A stretch of DNA of 64,000 nucleotides from positions 4,421 to 68,420 of the forward strand of contig JAJFHD010000149.1 in assembly GCA_021775805.1 (NCBI GenBank), written 5' to 3'. Position 1 is the stretch's first letter; the number at the start of each line of letters is the position of its first letter. This document shows positions 44,999-54,030 of the stretch, one piece after another. The notes beneath the pieces were generated by a model. It made no database searches and was not told the DNA's origin. It was given only the letters and a program-made list of their open reading frames with translations. The stretch is from Alphaproteobacteria bacterium. Its GTDB lineage: Bacteria; Pseudomonadota; Alphaproteobacteria; Rhizobiales; JAJFHC01. Both the position numbers and the translations under genes were made by a program.

Positions 44999-45173
44999 TT
45001 GTTTCGTGAAGTCGGCGTGAAAATCCCATCCAGAAGCGGGCCAGCTTGATGCGTAATCTGGCACGGAGGAATTCGCCGGCTTCCGGGCCTGGGGCGTTTA
45101 GGCGCCGTTTCACGGCCTGGCGGTAATCGCTGTCCCAGATACATCGATCCAGATCGATTGAGTCTTCCGTCAT
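44994..45173 (-). CDS. possible 59-aa small protein upstream of htpG
   Basis: Hand-translated MTEDSIDLDRCIWDSDYRQAVKRRLNAPGPEAGEFLRARLRIKLARFWMGFSRRLHETT; one codon below the ORF-track cutoff; weak SD; intermediate third-position GC. Confidence 0.3.
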   Translation of the reverse strand: MTEDSIDLDRCIWDSDYRQAVKRRLNAPGPEAGEFLRARLRIKLARFWMGFSRRLHETT

Positions 45174-45243
45174 GGTCTGTTCCCGGACTGCCTAAACGCT
45201 TACGCAGACACTAAAACCGATACGCGGAACGCAACATGTACTG

Positions 45244-45322
45244 AGAAAAAATTGGCCCGGCTCAAATGGTTCTCGGGGGGCTGGGGGGCTGAGATTTCCG
45301 AGAGCCTTTTCAGAGCCGGGCC
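45244..45322 (-). terminator. orphan rho-independent terminator (minus strand)
   Basis: Outer stem GGCCCGGCTC/GAGCCGGGCC plus inner stem GGTTCTCGG/CCGAGAGCC; on the minus strand it is followed by AATTTTTTCTC; no minus-strand CDS lies upstream. Confidence 0.65.
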
Positions 45323-45536
45323 TTAGAGGCAACGATGACAAGATCGCGTTTCAATTTGGCTTCCGAAGGGCTGAACTGGGGCGAAAATGTGATTTATTTC
45401 CTGTTCAGAAGAAAACTTTCAAAAGCCCGCCGGCACGTCCGTGCCATTCAAGGGGATACGCGGGCCTTGCCTTCGGCCCGCGTCTGAGGGAACATGGTTT
45501 TGTATCGTTTTGATGACATGCAGAAAAGGAGGCGCA

Positions 45537-45959
45537 ATGAGTGACAGTGAGCCCATAGCGTTGTTTGGGTCGCGGCCGCCTGTATCCGCGACCCGGAAGT
45601 TACAGTCCGGACCCGTTTCCGATGGCGTGGAAACCCGCAAACCTGAAGGCAAATGGCCGGATCAGACGTTTTTTCATCGCCGCGAACTGACCGAAATTCT
45701 CAAGGTTTACGGCCGAAAGGTTGCCGATGGCGAATGGCGCGACTACGCGATTGACGCCACCCGCGACAAGGCGGTGTTTTCGATTTTCCGCCGCAGCAGC
45801 GAAATGCCGCTCTACCGGATCGAAAAACAGCCCCGCCTCGCGCGCAAGCAGGGCACCTATTCGGTCATAACGGCGACAGGGCTGATCCTCAAGCGCGGAC
45901 AGGATCTGGCGCAGGTATTGCGCGCGATCGACCGAAAACCCCGCCTGGTGGTCGCCTGA
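45537..45959 (+). CDS. DUF2794 family protein
   Basis: 140 aa from the ATG at 45537 with AAGGAGG upstream; FFHRRELTEILKVYGRKVADGEWRDYAID motif. Confidence 0.75.
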   Translation: MSDSEPIALFGSRPPVSATRKLQSGPVSDGVETRKPEGKWPDQTFFHRRELTEILKVYGRKVADGEWRDYAIDATRDKAVFSIFRRSSEMPLYRIEKQPRLARKQGTYSVITATGLILKRGQDLAQVLRAIDRKPRLVVA

Positions 45960-46096
45960 GAGCGTTTTTGAGCCTGTTCGGGGTTCGACTGCGGAAGGTG
46001 TTGAATTCGCTGGGTCACCTGATTCGGCGTATGCGTCGCGAATCGGCAGACCCTCGCGTCAAGCGCGGGGCGACAGGCATTGATACCCTCAACCCA

Positions 46097-46140
46097 AACA
46101 AAAACCCCCGGCAGTCCAGGACTGCCGGGGGTTTGTTTCT
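46097..46140. terminator. bidirectional terminator between convergent genes
   Basis: CCCCCGGCAGT-ccagg-ACTGCCGGGGG stem flanked by an A-run upstream and TTTGTTT downstream. Confidence 0.75.
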
Positions 46141-46155
46141 GTCTTTCCGATCCCG

Positions 46156-46911
46156 CTATTCGCGGTTACCGAAGAGCATCAACAGCATCATGAACAGGTT
46201 GATGAAATCGAGGTAAAGCCTGAGGGCTCCCATGATCGCCTTGCGGCCTTGTGCCAGGGCGCCATCGCCTTCGAAGTACATTTCCTTGATCTGCTGGGTG
46301 TCGTAGGCCGTCAATCCGGCAAACACGAGCACGCCAATCACGGAAATCGCAAACTGCAACGCCGAGCTGCCGAGAAAGATGTTCACGATCGATGCCAGAA
46401 TGATCCCGATCAGGCCCATGAACAGGAACGATCCCCAACCGGATATATCCTTCTTGGTGGTATAGCCGAACAGGCTGAGCCCGCCAAACGAGGCCGCCGT
46501 TATGAAAAACACGCGCGTGATGCTGGCGCCGGTATAGACCATAAAGATCGAGGACAGCGATATGCCCATCAGAGCGGCAAATATCCAGAACGCAAGTTGG
46601 GCGCCACCGACGCTCATCTTGCTCACTCTGGCGCTCAGGAAGAAAACCATTCCCAGAGGAGCCAGCATGACCACCCATTTGAGCGGGCTGAGATAAAGCG
46701 CACTGCCGAGAGCCGTCAGGCTGCCGGTTGTTGCATCGAACGACAACAGATGAACGCCAAAGGCTGCAACACCGGTGATCGCGAGCCCTATCGCCATATA
46801 ATTGTAGACGCGAAGCATATAGCTGCGCAGACCCTCATCGATGTCGTGCGCCGCTGCGCGGCCTACAGCACCCTGTGTTCGCGTCATGCCGCCATTGTCA
46901 TAATCCGCCAT
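46156..46911 (-). CDS. Bax inhibitor-1 / YccA family membrane protein
   Basis: 251 aa from the ATG at 46911; LRSYMLRVYNYM motif and seven TM helices. Confidence 0.85.
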   Translation of the reverse strand: MADYDNGGMTRTQGAVGRAAAHDIDEGLRSYMLRVYNYMAIGLAITGVAAFGVHLLSFDATTGSLTALGSALYLSPLKWVVMLAPLGMVFFLSARVSKMSVGGAQLAFWIFAALMGISLSSIFMVYTGASITRVFFITAASFGGLSLFGYTTKKDISGWGSFLFMGLIGIILASIVNIFLGSSALQFAISVIGVLVFAGLTAYDTQQIKEMYFEGDGALAQGRKAIMGALRLYLDFINLFMMLLMLFGNRE

Positions 46912-47038
46912 AGATTTTTCCTTTTCCCTCAAACAAACGCAATTAAAGTGGAATATGGATATTCCGCACCCAATTAGCAAGATGTCTGACGATTTTAGTT
47001 AATTTAGTCTGAACAGGCCAAATTGGCCCGCTCTTCCC

Positions 47039-49570
47039 TCAGGCGCGCGTCCTCAGAATCGGCGCGGCCTTCTGCCCGAGGATACGCCAGGTTCCGGCAA
47101 GCCCCAGGGTCACGGTGACCAAGGTTGCCCCGACAACCGTCCATCCGGCGATCGCCGGCAGGAACACCCAGCCCACATCCATGGCAAAGCGCACGATGAG
47201 ATAGGATGCCGCCGTACCGGCCAGCACGGCGAACACCGCCGTTGCCAGTCCAAGCACGGCGAATTCGAAAATGTAGCTTGCCATCAAACGTTTACGCGTC
47301 GCCCCGACGGTCTTGAGCACCACTGCATCGTAAATCCTGCTGCGGTGGCCGGCGGCCATCGCACCGGCAAGGACCAGCACACCCGCCAAGAGGGCGATGC
47401 CGCTGGCTCCTCTGATTGCCAGCAGTAACTTGCTCAACAGACCGTTGACCGTGTCGAGAACTTCCTTGATGCGGACCGCGGTGATGTTCGGATAGGCATC
47501 GCTGACCTTGCGCAACAGGTCCAGTTCAGCCGCCGCATCCATGGTGACGGTCGCCAGATGGGTATGCGGCGCGCCGCGCAGGGCGTTGGGCGAGAACACC
47601 ATCACTGTGTTGATTCTGAGCGTTCCCCACTCAACGGACCGGGTATTGGCAATTCGCGCGGTAATTTCGCGTCCCAAAACGTTGATCGTGACATCGTCCC
47701 CGATGTCCAGGCCAAGGCCTCGGGCCAGGTCGTCGACAAACGAGACCAGGGGCGGCCCGTCATAGTCGGCCGACCACCAGTCACCACGCTCGAGCGTCGA
47801 ATTCTTGGGCAGTGTGTCCGAATAGGTCACCGCCCGGGACCCCCGGATCACCCAGCGCGCGTCGGGTGACGGCTCGACTTCTCCGACCGGCTTGTCCTTG
47901 AGCCGGACGATGCGTCCACGCAGCATCGGGACCCGTTCGACCGTGGCGTCCGGCGACGTCTTGCGCACAAGCGCCTCGAAACCGTCAAGCTGGTCTGGCT
48001 GAATATCGACAAAGAAAAACGACGGCGATATCGCCGGCATCCGGGCGTTGAGCTCACGCGACATGTTGGCATCGATCAGGGACAGGGTCACCAGCAGGGT
48101 CAGCCCCAGCCCGAGCGAAAGCACCACACTGGGTGTCGGTGCGCCTGGCCGGTGAAGGTTGGCGAGCCCGAGTCTGATCTCCGGTTGCCGCGGACGCGGC
48201 GTCCGGGCTGCAAGAAACATCAGCGCCTGAGCGATCAGCCACAGCAGAACGAAACTGACCGCGGCGCCGGCCACATAGAACATCGTGATTCGTCGGTCAT
48301 CGGCCATGGCGATGGCAAGTGCCGCCAAAATGGCCAGGGCGACTGCGATCGCGGCAACATACTTGAAGCGGGGCCATTGCCGCGACGGCGCCACCACATC
48401 GCGAAACAGGGCGCTTGCCGGAATGTCGCGGGCCCGCGCCAGCGGCCAGACCGCAAACACCACAGTCGTCAGGACACCGAACGACCCTGCCAGCACGAGG
48501 GGCTGCGCATAAATGCCGAGCCGGATCGGCAACGGCAACACCGTTTCCACGGCAAACCCGATGACCACGGGCAAAAGGGCGCCGGCAAGCAACCCGACAA
48601 CGATGGCGATAGCCGCCAGCACGAGAACTTGCGCCAGATAGATACGGAAGATCAGATTGCCCGTAGCCCCCAGGCTTTTGTATGTGGCGATGACGTCACG
48701 CTTGGTGTCCAGATAACTCTTGACGCCGTTGCCGACACCGACACCACCCACCAGCAGGGCGGTCAGCCCGACCAGGGTCAGAAAAAGCGTCAGGCGGTCC
48801 ACGAACCGGCGCATGCCGGGTGCCCCGTTCGAGCGGTCCCGGATCTGCCACCCGGCCGAGGGAAACCGGGTTTTGAGACGTTCGAGCGTCTCGTTCACGT
48901 CCGCGGCGTTGGTGTCGTCAAGCCGCACCCGGTAACGCCATCGCACCAGACTGCCCGGTTGCACCAGTTTGGTCGCCTCAAGCGCGGCGTGAGACAGCAT
49001 CAGCCGAGGCCCGATGGCCATACCTGACGCGATGCGGTCAGGTTCACGGGTAATCGTGGCTGAAATCGTGATCAGCGCCTCACCGATCTTGAGCTTGTCG
49101 CCGACCGCAACTGCGAGCTTGGCCAGGAGGGTTTCTTCAACCACCGCACCCCAACCGCCGGCCGTGGGCCCGAGCGCCTGATGCACGTCGCCCGGTCCAG
49201 CGAGGGTCAGGGAACCAAACAGTGGATAACTGTTCTCAATCGCCTTGATCTCAACCAGACCTCGGGCATCGCCGGCAAGGGGCCGGGCCATCGCGCGCAG
49301 TGTTGCCACCCGGCTGACAGTGCCAAGAGTGTCGACAAAGGACCGTTGCTCCGGCGACATTTCCACATGAACCAGGGTCAGTTCGATATCCCCGCCCAGG
49401 ATCGAACGCCCTTCCTGCGCAAGACCGCCCTTCAGTGAGGCGGAAAACGATCCCACCGCGGCAATCGCCGCCACACCCAGGATCAGGCACATCAGGAATA
49501 TTCTGAATCCTTGCGTACCCGATCGCAGTTCCCGAAGAGCCAGCCGCAAGTACAATGGAGCGCCGTTCAC
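47039..49570 (-). CDS. FtsX-like ABC transporter permease (YbbP-type, duplicated)
   Basis: 843 aa; two FtsX-type four-helix modules with large loops; 4-nt overlap with the ATPase gene. Confidence 0.85.
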   Translation of the reverse strand: MNGAPLYLRLALRELRSGTQGFRIFLMCLILGVAAIAAVGSFSASLKGGLAQEGRSILGGDIELTLVHVEMSPEQRSFVDTLGTVSRVATLRAMARPLAGDARGLVEIKAIENSYPLFGSLTLAGPGDVHQALGPTAGGWGAVVEETLLAKLAVAVGDKLKIGEALITISATITREPDRIASGMAIGPRLMLSHAALEATKLVQPGSLVRWRYRVRLDDTNAADVNETLERLKTRFPSAGWQIRDRSNGAPGMRRFVDRLTLFLTLVGLTALLVGGVGVGNGVKSYLDTKRDVIATYKSLGATGNLIFRIYLAQVLVLAAIAIVVGLLAGALLPVVIGFAVETVLPLPIRLGIYAQPLVLAGSFGVLTTVVFAVWPLARARDIPASALFRDVVAPSRQWPRFKYVAAIAVALAILAALAIAMADDRRITMFYVAGAAVSFVLLWLIAQALMFLAARTPRPRQPEIRLGLANLHRPGAPTPSVVLSLGLGLTLLVTLSLIDANMSRELNARMPAISPSFFFVDIQPDQLDGFEALVRKTSPDATVERVPMLRGRIVRLKDKPVGEVEPSPDARWVIRGSRAVTYSDTLPKNSTLERGDWWSADYDGPPLVSFVDDLARGLGLDIGDDVTINVLGREITARIANTRSVEWGTLRINTVMVFSPNALRGAPHTHLATVTMDAAAELDLLRKVSDAYPNITAVRIKEVLDTVNGLLSKLLLAIRGASGIALLAGVLVLAGAMAAGHRSRIYDAVVLKTVGATRKRLMASYIFEFAVLGLATAVFAVLAGTAASYLIVRFAMDVGWVFLPAIAGWTVVGATLVTVTLGLAGTWRILGQKAAPILRTRA

Positions 49571-50292
49571 ACCGCTTCCTGCCGCTGTGCGAACGACGTG
49601 TGCCCTTCGTCAGAAACGATCTTGCCATCGGCAAGCGAGACCACCCGTTCGCATTTTTGCGCAAGCGCCTGATCGTGGGTAATCAGCAGCAGGGTCATGT
49701 CCCGTTCCTGTCGGACATCGAACAGCAGATCAATGATCTGCTCACCGGTCGCCTGATCCAGATTGCCGGTCGGCTCATCTGCGAGAAGAACTTTTGCACC
49801 TGATGCAAGCGCCCGGGCAAGGGCCACGCGCTGTTGTTCGCCACCGGAAAGCTGGCCCGGGTAATGGCTCAGCCGATGACCAAGCCCGACCCGTTCAAGG
49901 CCGTCCCGAGCGCGGGCTTCGGCATCGGCACGGCCGTTGAGTTCAAGCGGGATGGCGACGTTTTCAAGCGCCGTCATGGTCGGAATCAGGTGGAAAGACT
50001 GGAACACGATCCCCACATTATCCCGGCGGAACAGCGCCAGCGCATCCTCGTCGAGACCATTGAGGGTCAGCCCGGCAACCGTTACCGTGCCGGACGTCAC
50101 GGCCTCGAGGCCAGCGATCGCCATCAACAGGGTCGATTTTCCAGAGCCGCTGGGACCGACCATTCCAATGGACTCGCCGGCATTGATGCTAAGGTCCATG
50201 CCACGCAGGATGTTGACCGGGCCGGCACTGCTGCTGAGCGTCAGATGAACGTCGTTGAGGGATATTATGGGATCAGACAAAAATACCAACAC
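49567..50292 (-). CDS. ABC transporter ATP-binding protein (YbbA-type)
   Basis: [34 protein letters not shown]; start uncertain (GTG at 50292 or TTG at 50280); the longer ORF start overlaps the divergent tesA region. Confidence 0.9.
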   Translation of the reverse strand: MLVFLSDPIISLNDVHLTLSSSAGPVNILRGMDLSINAGESIGMVGPSGSGKSTLLMAIAGLEAVTSGTVTVAGLTLNGLDEDALALFRRDNVGIVFQSFHLIPTMTALENVAIPLELNGRADAEARARDGLERVGLGHRLSHYPGQLSGGEQQRVALARALASGAKVLLADEPTGNLDQATGEQIIDLLFDVRQERDMTLLLITHDQALAQKCERVVSLADGKIVSDEGHTSFAQRQEAV

Positions 50293-50353
50293 CTGTCTTG
50301 CGTGGCATACGACCACCGCATGCCCCCGCCCTACCGGATATGGCGGAGGCCAC

Positions 50354-51031
50354 GTGAATGTCAAGCACGGCTTGTCAAGCCTGTTAGGCCGGTTTGTAGT
50401 GATTGCCACCCTCGCGCTGAACTTCCAGGCAGCAACACCTGCGGTGGCGAAGTCCGCACCGATGGTCATCGTGGCTTTGGGCGACAGCCTGACGGCCGGG
50501 TACAACCTTGCCCTGGATGACGCTTTTCCGGTCAAACTGGAGGCCGCTTTGCGCAAACGCGGTTACGATGTCCGTATCCATAATGCCGGCGTTTCCGGAG
50601 ACACCAGTTCCGGCGCCCTGTCCAGGCTTGACTGGGCCCTGCCCGCAAAAGCCGATGGCGTCATTGTCGAACTCGGCGCCAACGACGCCCTTCGCGGTAC
50701 CGATCCTCAGACCACCCGTGAAGGTCTTGACCGGCTCCTCTCGAAACTCGCCGAACGCAACCTCGATGTGCTCGTGGCCGGCATGCTGGCACCTCCCAAC
50801 ATGGGCCGTGAATACGCCGAGGCCTTCAACGCCATCTTTCCCGAACTTGCAAAACAGCGCGGTACCCTGCTCTACCCGTTTTTCCTCGACGGCGTTGCCG
50901 CCAATCCCGGACTCAATCTGGGCGACGGCATGCACCCGAACGCAAAGGGCGTCGACGTCATCGTTGAACGGATCCTGCCGTTTGTCGAAAAATTGATCGG
51001 GCGAATCAAGGCGCGTCGGGCTAGATCCTGA
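50354..51031 (+). CDS. tesA: SGNH/GDSL arylesterase-thioesterase (TesA-like), secreted
   Basis: GTG at 50354 with GGCGGAGG upstream; signal peptide; ALGDSLTAGY, GANDA, DGMHPN blocks; divergent from ybbA/ybbP as in E. coli. Confidence 0.85.
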   Translation: MNVKHGLSSLLGRFVVIATLALNFQAATPAVAKSAPMVIVALGDSLTAGYNLALDDAFPVKLEAALRKRGYDVRIHNAGVSGDTSSGALSRLDWALPAKADGVIVELGANDALRGTDPQTTREGLDRLLSKLAERNLDVLVAGMLAPPNMGREYAEAFNAIFPELAKQRGTLLYPFFLDGVAANPGLNLGDGMHPNAKGVDVIVERILPFVEKLIGRIKARRARS

Positions 51032-51065
51032 GGCATCCAAGCAACAACAAGACAGGGGTCGAAAC

Positions 51066-52106
51066 ATGGATTATCGCGAATTGGGGCGCTCGGGGATTCG
51101 CGTCAGCGCTCTTTGCCTGGGCTCCATGACCTGGGGACAGCAGAACACCGAAGCCGAGGGCCATGCCCAGATGGACTACGCCCTTGAACACGGCATCAAC
51201 TTCATCGATACCGCCGAGATGTATGCCTCTCCGCCGCTAGCGGAAACCGCCGGACGCACCGAGGAAATCATCGGCACCTGGCTTAAACGCCGCGGCAAAC
51301 GCGACGACATCGTGCTGGCAAGCAAGGTCACCGGCCGCTCCGACATGGACTGGATCTGGGCGTCCGGCGGACCGGTCCGCCTGACCAGGCCCCAGATCAT
51401 GGAAGCCATTGACGGGTCTCTGAGGCGCCTGCAGACCGACTATCTCGATCTCTACCAGCTCCATTGGCCCGACCGGCCGATGGAATTGTTCGGCGGCCGT
51501 GAAAACACCCCGCGTGACGGCGACTTCGTGCCCTTCGATGAAACCCTGCGCGCACTTGACGATCTGGTGACCGACGGCAAGATCCGAACTGTGGGCCTGT
51601 CGAACGAAACGCCCTGGGGGGTCATGCGGTTCCTGAACCTGAGCGACGCCCATAACCTGCCGCGCATGCAGTCGATCCAGAATGTCTACAGCCTGCTGAA
51701 CCGCATATTCGAAGACGGCCTGGCGGAGATCGCGTTTCGGGAATCGGTCGGCCTTCTGGCGTATTCGCCGCTGGCACAGGGGTGCCTGACCGGGAAGTAC
51801 CAAAACGGCGCCCTGCCCGAAGGTGCCCGCAAGACCCTGTTCGACCGCATGCAGCGCTATGACAACCCCAGCGCCAACAGTGCGATCGACGCCTATGTGG
51901 ATCTGGCCCGGTTGCGAGGGCTGGATCCGGCCCAGATGGCATTGCAGTTCGTCACCACCCGGCCCTTCGTCACGTCGAACATTATTGGCGCTACCACCAT
52001 GGAACAGTTGAAGGCCGATATCGAAAGCGTCGCGCTTGACATGACGCAAGAACTGGAAGGCGAGATCGAGCAGATCCACAAAACCCACACCAACCCCTGT
52101 CCCTGA
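51066..52106 (+). CDS. NADP-dependent aldo/keto reductase (Tas-like)
   Basis: 346 aa; LGSMTWG, INFIDTAEMY, LYQLHWPD motifs. Confidence 0.85.
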   Translation: MDYRELGRSGIRVSALCLGSMTWGQQNTEAEGHAQMDYALEHGINFIDTAEMYASPPLAETAGRTEEIIGTWLKRRGKRDDIVLASKVTGRSDMDWIWASGGPVRLTRPQIMEAIDGSLRRLQTDYLDLYQLHWPDRPMELFGGRENTPRDGDFVPFDETLRALDDLVTDGKIRTVGLSNETPWGVMRFLNLSDAHNLPRMQSIQNVYSLLNRIFEDGLAEIAFRESVGLLAYSPLAQGCLTGKYQNGALPEGARKTLFDRMQRYDNPSANSAIDAYVDLARLRGLDPAQMALQFVTTRPFVTSNIIGATTMEQLKADIESVALDMTQELEGEIEQIHKTHTNPCP

Positions 52107-52147
52107 AGCGCCGGGATTGAGATAATGTCCGCACGACGAATATCACC

Positions 52148-52702
52148 ATGACACGATTGTTTACGGCGATTGAGATTCCGCCAGAAGTCTCCCTCGACCT
52201 CACTTTCATGCAGGGTGGTATAGAAGGCGCCCGCTGGATTGACCGGCAAAACCATCACCTCACCCTGAGATTTATCGGCGAGGTCGATGGCCGTCTGGAG
52301 CTGGAGATTCGCTCGGCTCTGAACGCTCTTCGGTCAAAACCGTTCGAGGTGACGCTCAAGGGTATCGGCCGTTTCGGAACGCGCCGGCCGCGCGCACTGT
52401 GGGCCGGTGTCGAGGCGAACCGGCATCTGGTGGATCTTCAACTGTCACACGAGCGTTTGTGCCAGACGCTGGGACTGCCGCCCGAGACGCGGAACTTCAT
52501 GCCCCATGTCACGTTGGCCAGACTTCGGGACACCCGCCTGAACGATGTTGAGTGCTACATGCAGAGCCACAGCCTCTACCGTAGTCAGCCGTTCCCAGTG
52601 AACCGGATAGTCCTCTACTCGTCGAAACCGTCGCGTGGCGGCGGTCCCTATGCCGTGGAGGCGGTTTGTCCCCTGGGCCTGGAGTCTGGCGACAGCCTCT
52701 AG
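52148..52702 (+). CDS. thpR: RNA 2',3'-cyclic phosphodiesterase (2H phosphoesterase)
   Basis: 184 aa; two HxT motifs (HLTLRF, HVTLAR). Confidence 0.85.
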   Translation: MTRLFTAIEIPPEVSLDLTFMQGGIEGARWIDRQNHHLTLRFIGEVDGRLELEIRSALNALRSKPFEVTLKGIGRFGTRRPRALWAGVEANRHLVDLQLSHERLCQTLGLPPETRNFMPHVTLARLRDTRLNDVECYMQSHSLYRSQPFPVNRIVLYSSKPSRGGGPYAVEAVCPLGLESGDSL

Positions 52703-52913
52703 AGCGTCAGCTAACGTTTTTCATTGAGGCGCGGTGCGTAAGAACTGGCGGCGCGCAGCGTTACCGGCTCCGTAAAGCGATGAATTGTTTGGGAGCAGTT
52801 CCTCAGCCTGGTCAACGTCGTCTTCGGTAGAGCATCTTGGTGGGTTTTCGCAGAAATCGGCGCCACACATTTGGTCGGACATTTCATTGTTCGAGCCGGC
52901 AAGCGGCAAAGTT

Positions 52914-53117
52914 CTAACCCGAAGGCCTTGAGGATCGGGAAGGGAAAGGCACGCCGTCCTTCCACGCTTTGGAACTCTTGCAACGGGAGCAGATACGCTC
53001 TCCGAACCAGTCGCTGGCAAATATGGTCGTGCATCTCAGGCACTTGCGTGTCTTGGGGATGTCTGCACGAGGCGGATCGGTTTTGATCGCCGAACGCGAT
53101 GCGCTGAAAGCTGTCAT
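52914..53117 (-). CDS. small Cys4 zinc-ribbon-like protein
   Basis: 67 aa; CLRC...RICSRC pattern; inside the islet. Confidence 0.45.
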   Translation of the reverse strand: MTAFSASRSAIKTDPPRADIPKTRKCLRCTTIFASDWFGERICSRCKSSKAWKDGVPFPSRSSRPSG

Positions 53118-53178
53118 GGCAAGTTCTCTTTTTGGTGTTGAGAATTAGACAGTTGGCCGCGATTGAATAGCGAGAGAC

Positions 53179-53457
53179 CTAAAAGTCCGTCGGCCCAAGG
53201 CAATGCACGTAGTCGCCTGTGCGGCTGCGGCAATAGACTTTGTCGGCAACCCCGTGAATGTGTTCCCGCGCAGCATCGAACACACTCAGAACCCGCCTCT
53301 CGATATCGATTGCCTCCAGGCTCAAACGCCCGAGTTTCTGGAGTGCATCGGCACCGACATAGAAAGAAACCTCTTTCACGCCGTCATAGCCCCAAAATTG
53401 TACACGGTTTCTCGTGCTGTCGTAATTGCGGCTCACATTGGGAAATTTCAATTTCAT
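53179..53457 (-). CDS. DUF1488-like small protein
   Basis: 92 aa from the ATG at 53457 (MKLKFPNVSRNYDSTRNRVQFWGYDG...VSFYVGADAL). Confidence 0.65.
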   Translation of the reverse strand: MKLKFPNVSRNYDSTRNRVQFWGYDGVKEVSFYVGADALQKLGRLSLEAIDIERRVLSVFDAAREHIHGVADKVYCRSRTGDYVHCLGPTDF

Positions 53458-53588
53458 GCTGGTACGTCCAATGGCGATCTCACTGTGCGGATGGATATCC
53501 AAAGCCAGTTTTTTCTGTCGCCGTCCAATCCTGTGGATTACGGAGGGGAAAATGCCCCCTCCGCACGTCTGCTTTTTCGGTAAACAGA

Positions 53589-53738
53589 TTACGTCTTTGA
53601 CGCATCCTTGACTTCCGAAGGAGCCTTTTCGGGCTGCGCGACCGGGCCAACGACTGCCGGCGCGACCTTTGATGTATCTGCGGGCTTTTCATTGCCCTGA
53701 ACGCTTTGTGCTGCGGAAAAACTCTTAAAGGATGACAT
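53589..53738 (-). CDS. possible 49-aa hydrophilic protein
   Basis: Hand translation MSSFKSFSAAQSVQGNEKPADTSKVAPAVVGPVAQPEKAPSEVKDASKT; below the ORF-track cutoff; directly downstream of an AT-rich block. Confidence 0.35.
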   Translation of the reverse strand: MSSFKSFSAAQSVQGNEKPADTSKVAPAVVGPVAQPEKAPSEVKDASKT

Positions 53739-54030
53739 ATCAAATGCCTTTCACCAATTTGCAGAAAAAATATCCTACATAAACCACATATAGATTAGTT
53801 TTGAACAAAATCAAGAAATAACATACAAATACTCTAATCGCATGAATAAACTACATTGTATATCAAAAATAACAACACAACTATATTGTGAACGGTCCAT
53901 AGATAAACTATCATGTTGCGTAATATATTGACACCAGGTCGGTGTTATCCGTTGTTATTGTTTACAGTATCCAACATCTCCATTTTGTTTATGGATAATT
54001 CGTGAACTCCATCGTCGACATGACTGGATT

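Noticed and set aside
45394-45422. Sigma-70-like promoter (TTGAAA-N17-AAATAA) for the putative sRNA
   Set aside because: The -10 hexamer is a poor match to either the E. coli or the alphaproteobacterial consensus. I left it as an AT-rich patch rather than calling a promoter.
52721-52882. 53-aa minus-strand frame (MSDQMCGADFCENPPRC...) between thpR and the zinc-ribbon gene
   Set aside because: No SD and no motif. It could equally be the 3' UTR of the zinc-ribbon gene.
53761-53800. Apparent shared motif (ACATA..ATAGATT..TTGAA) between the two AT-rich blocks (also at about 55549-55585)
   Set aside because: The match needs indels and lies in low-complexity AT-rich sequence. It is compatible with chance.
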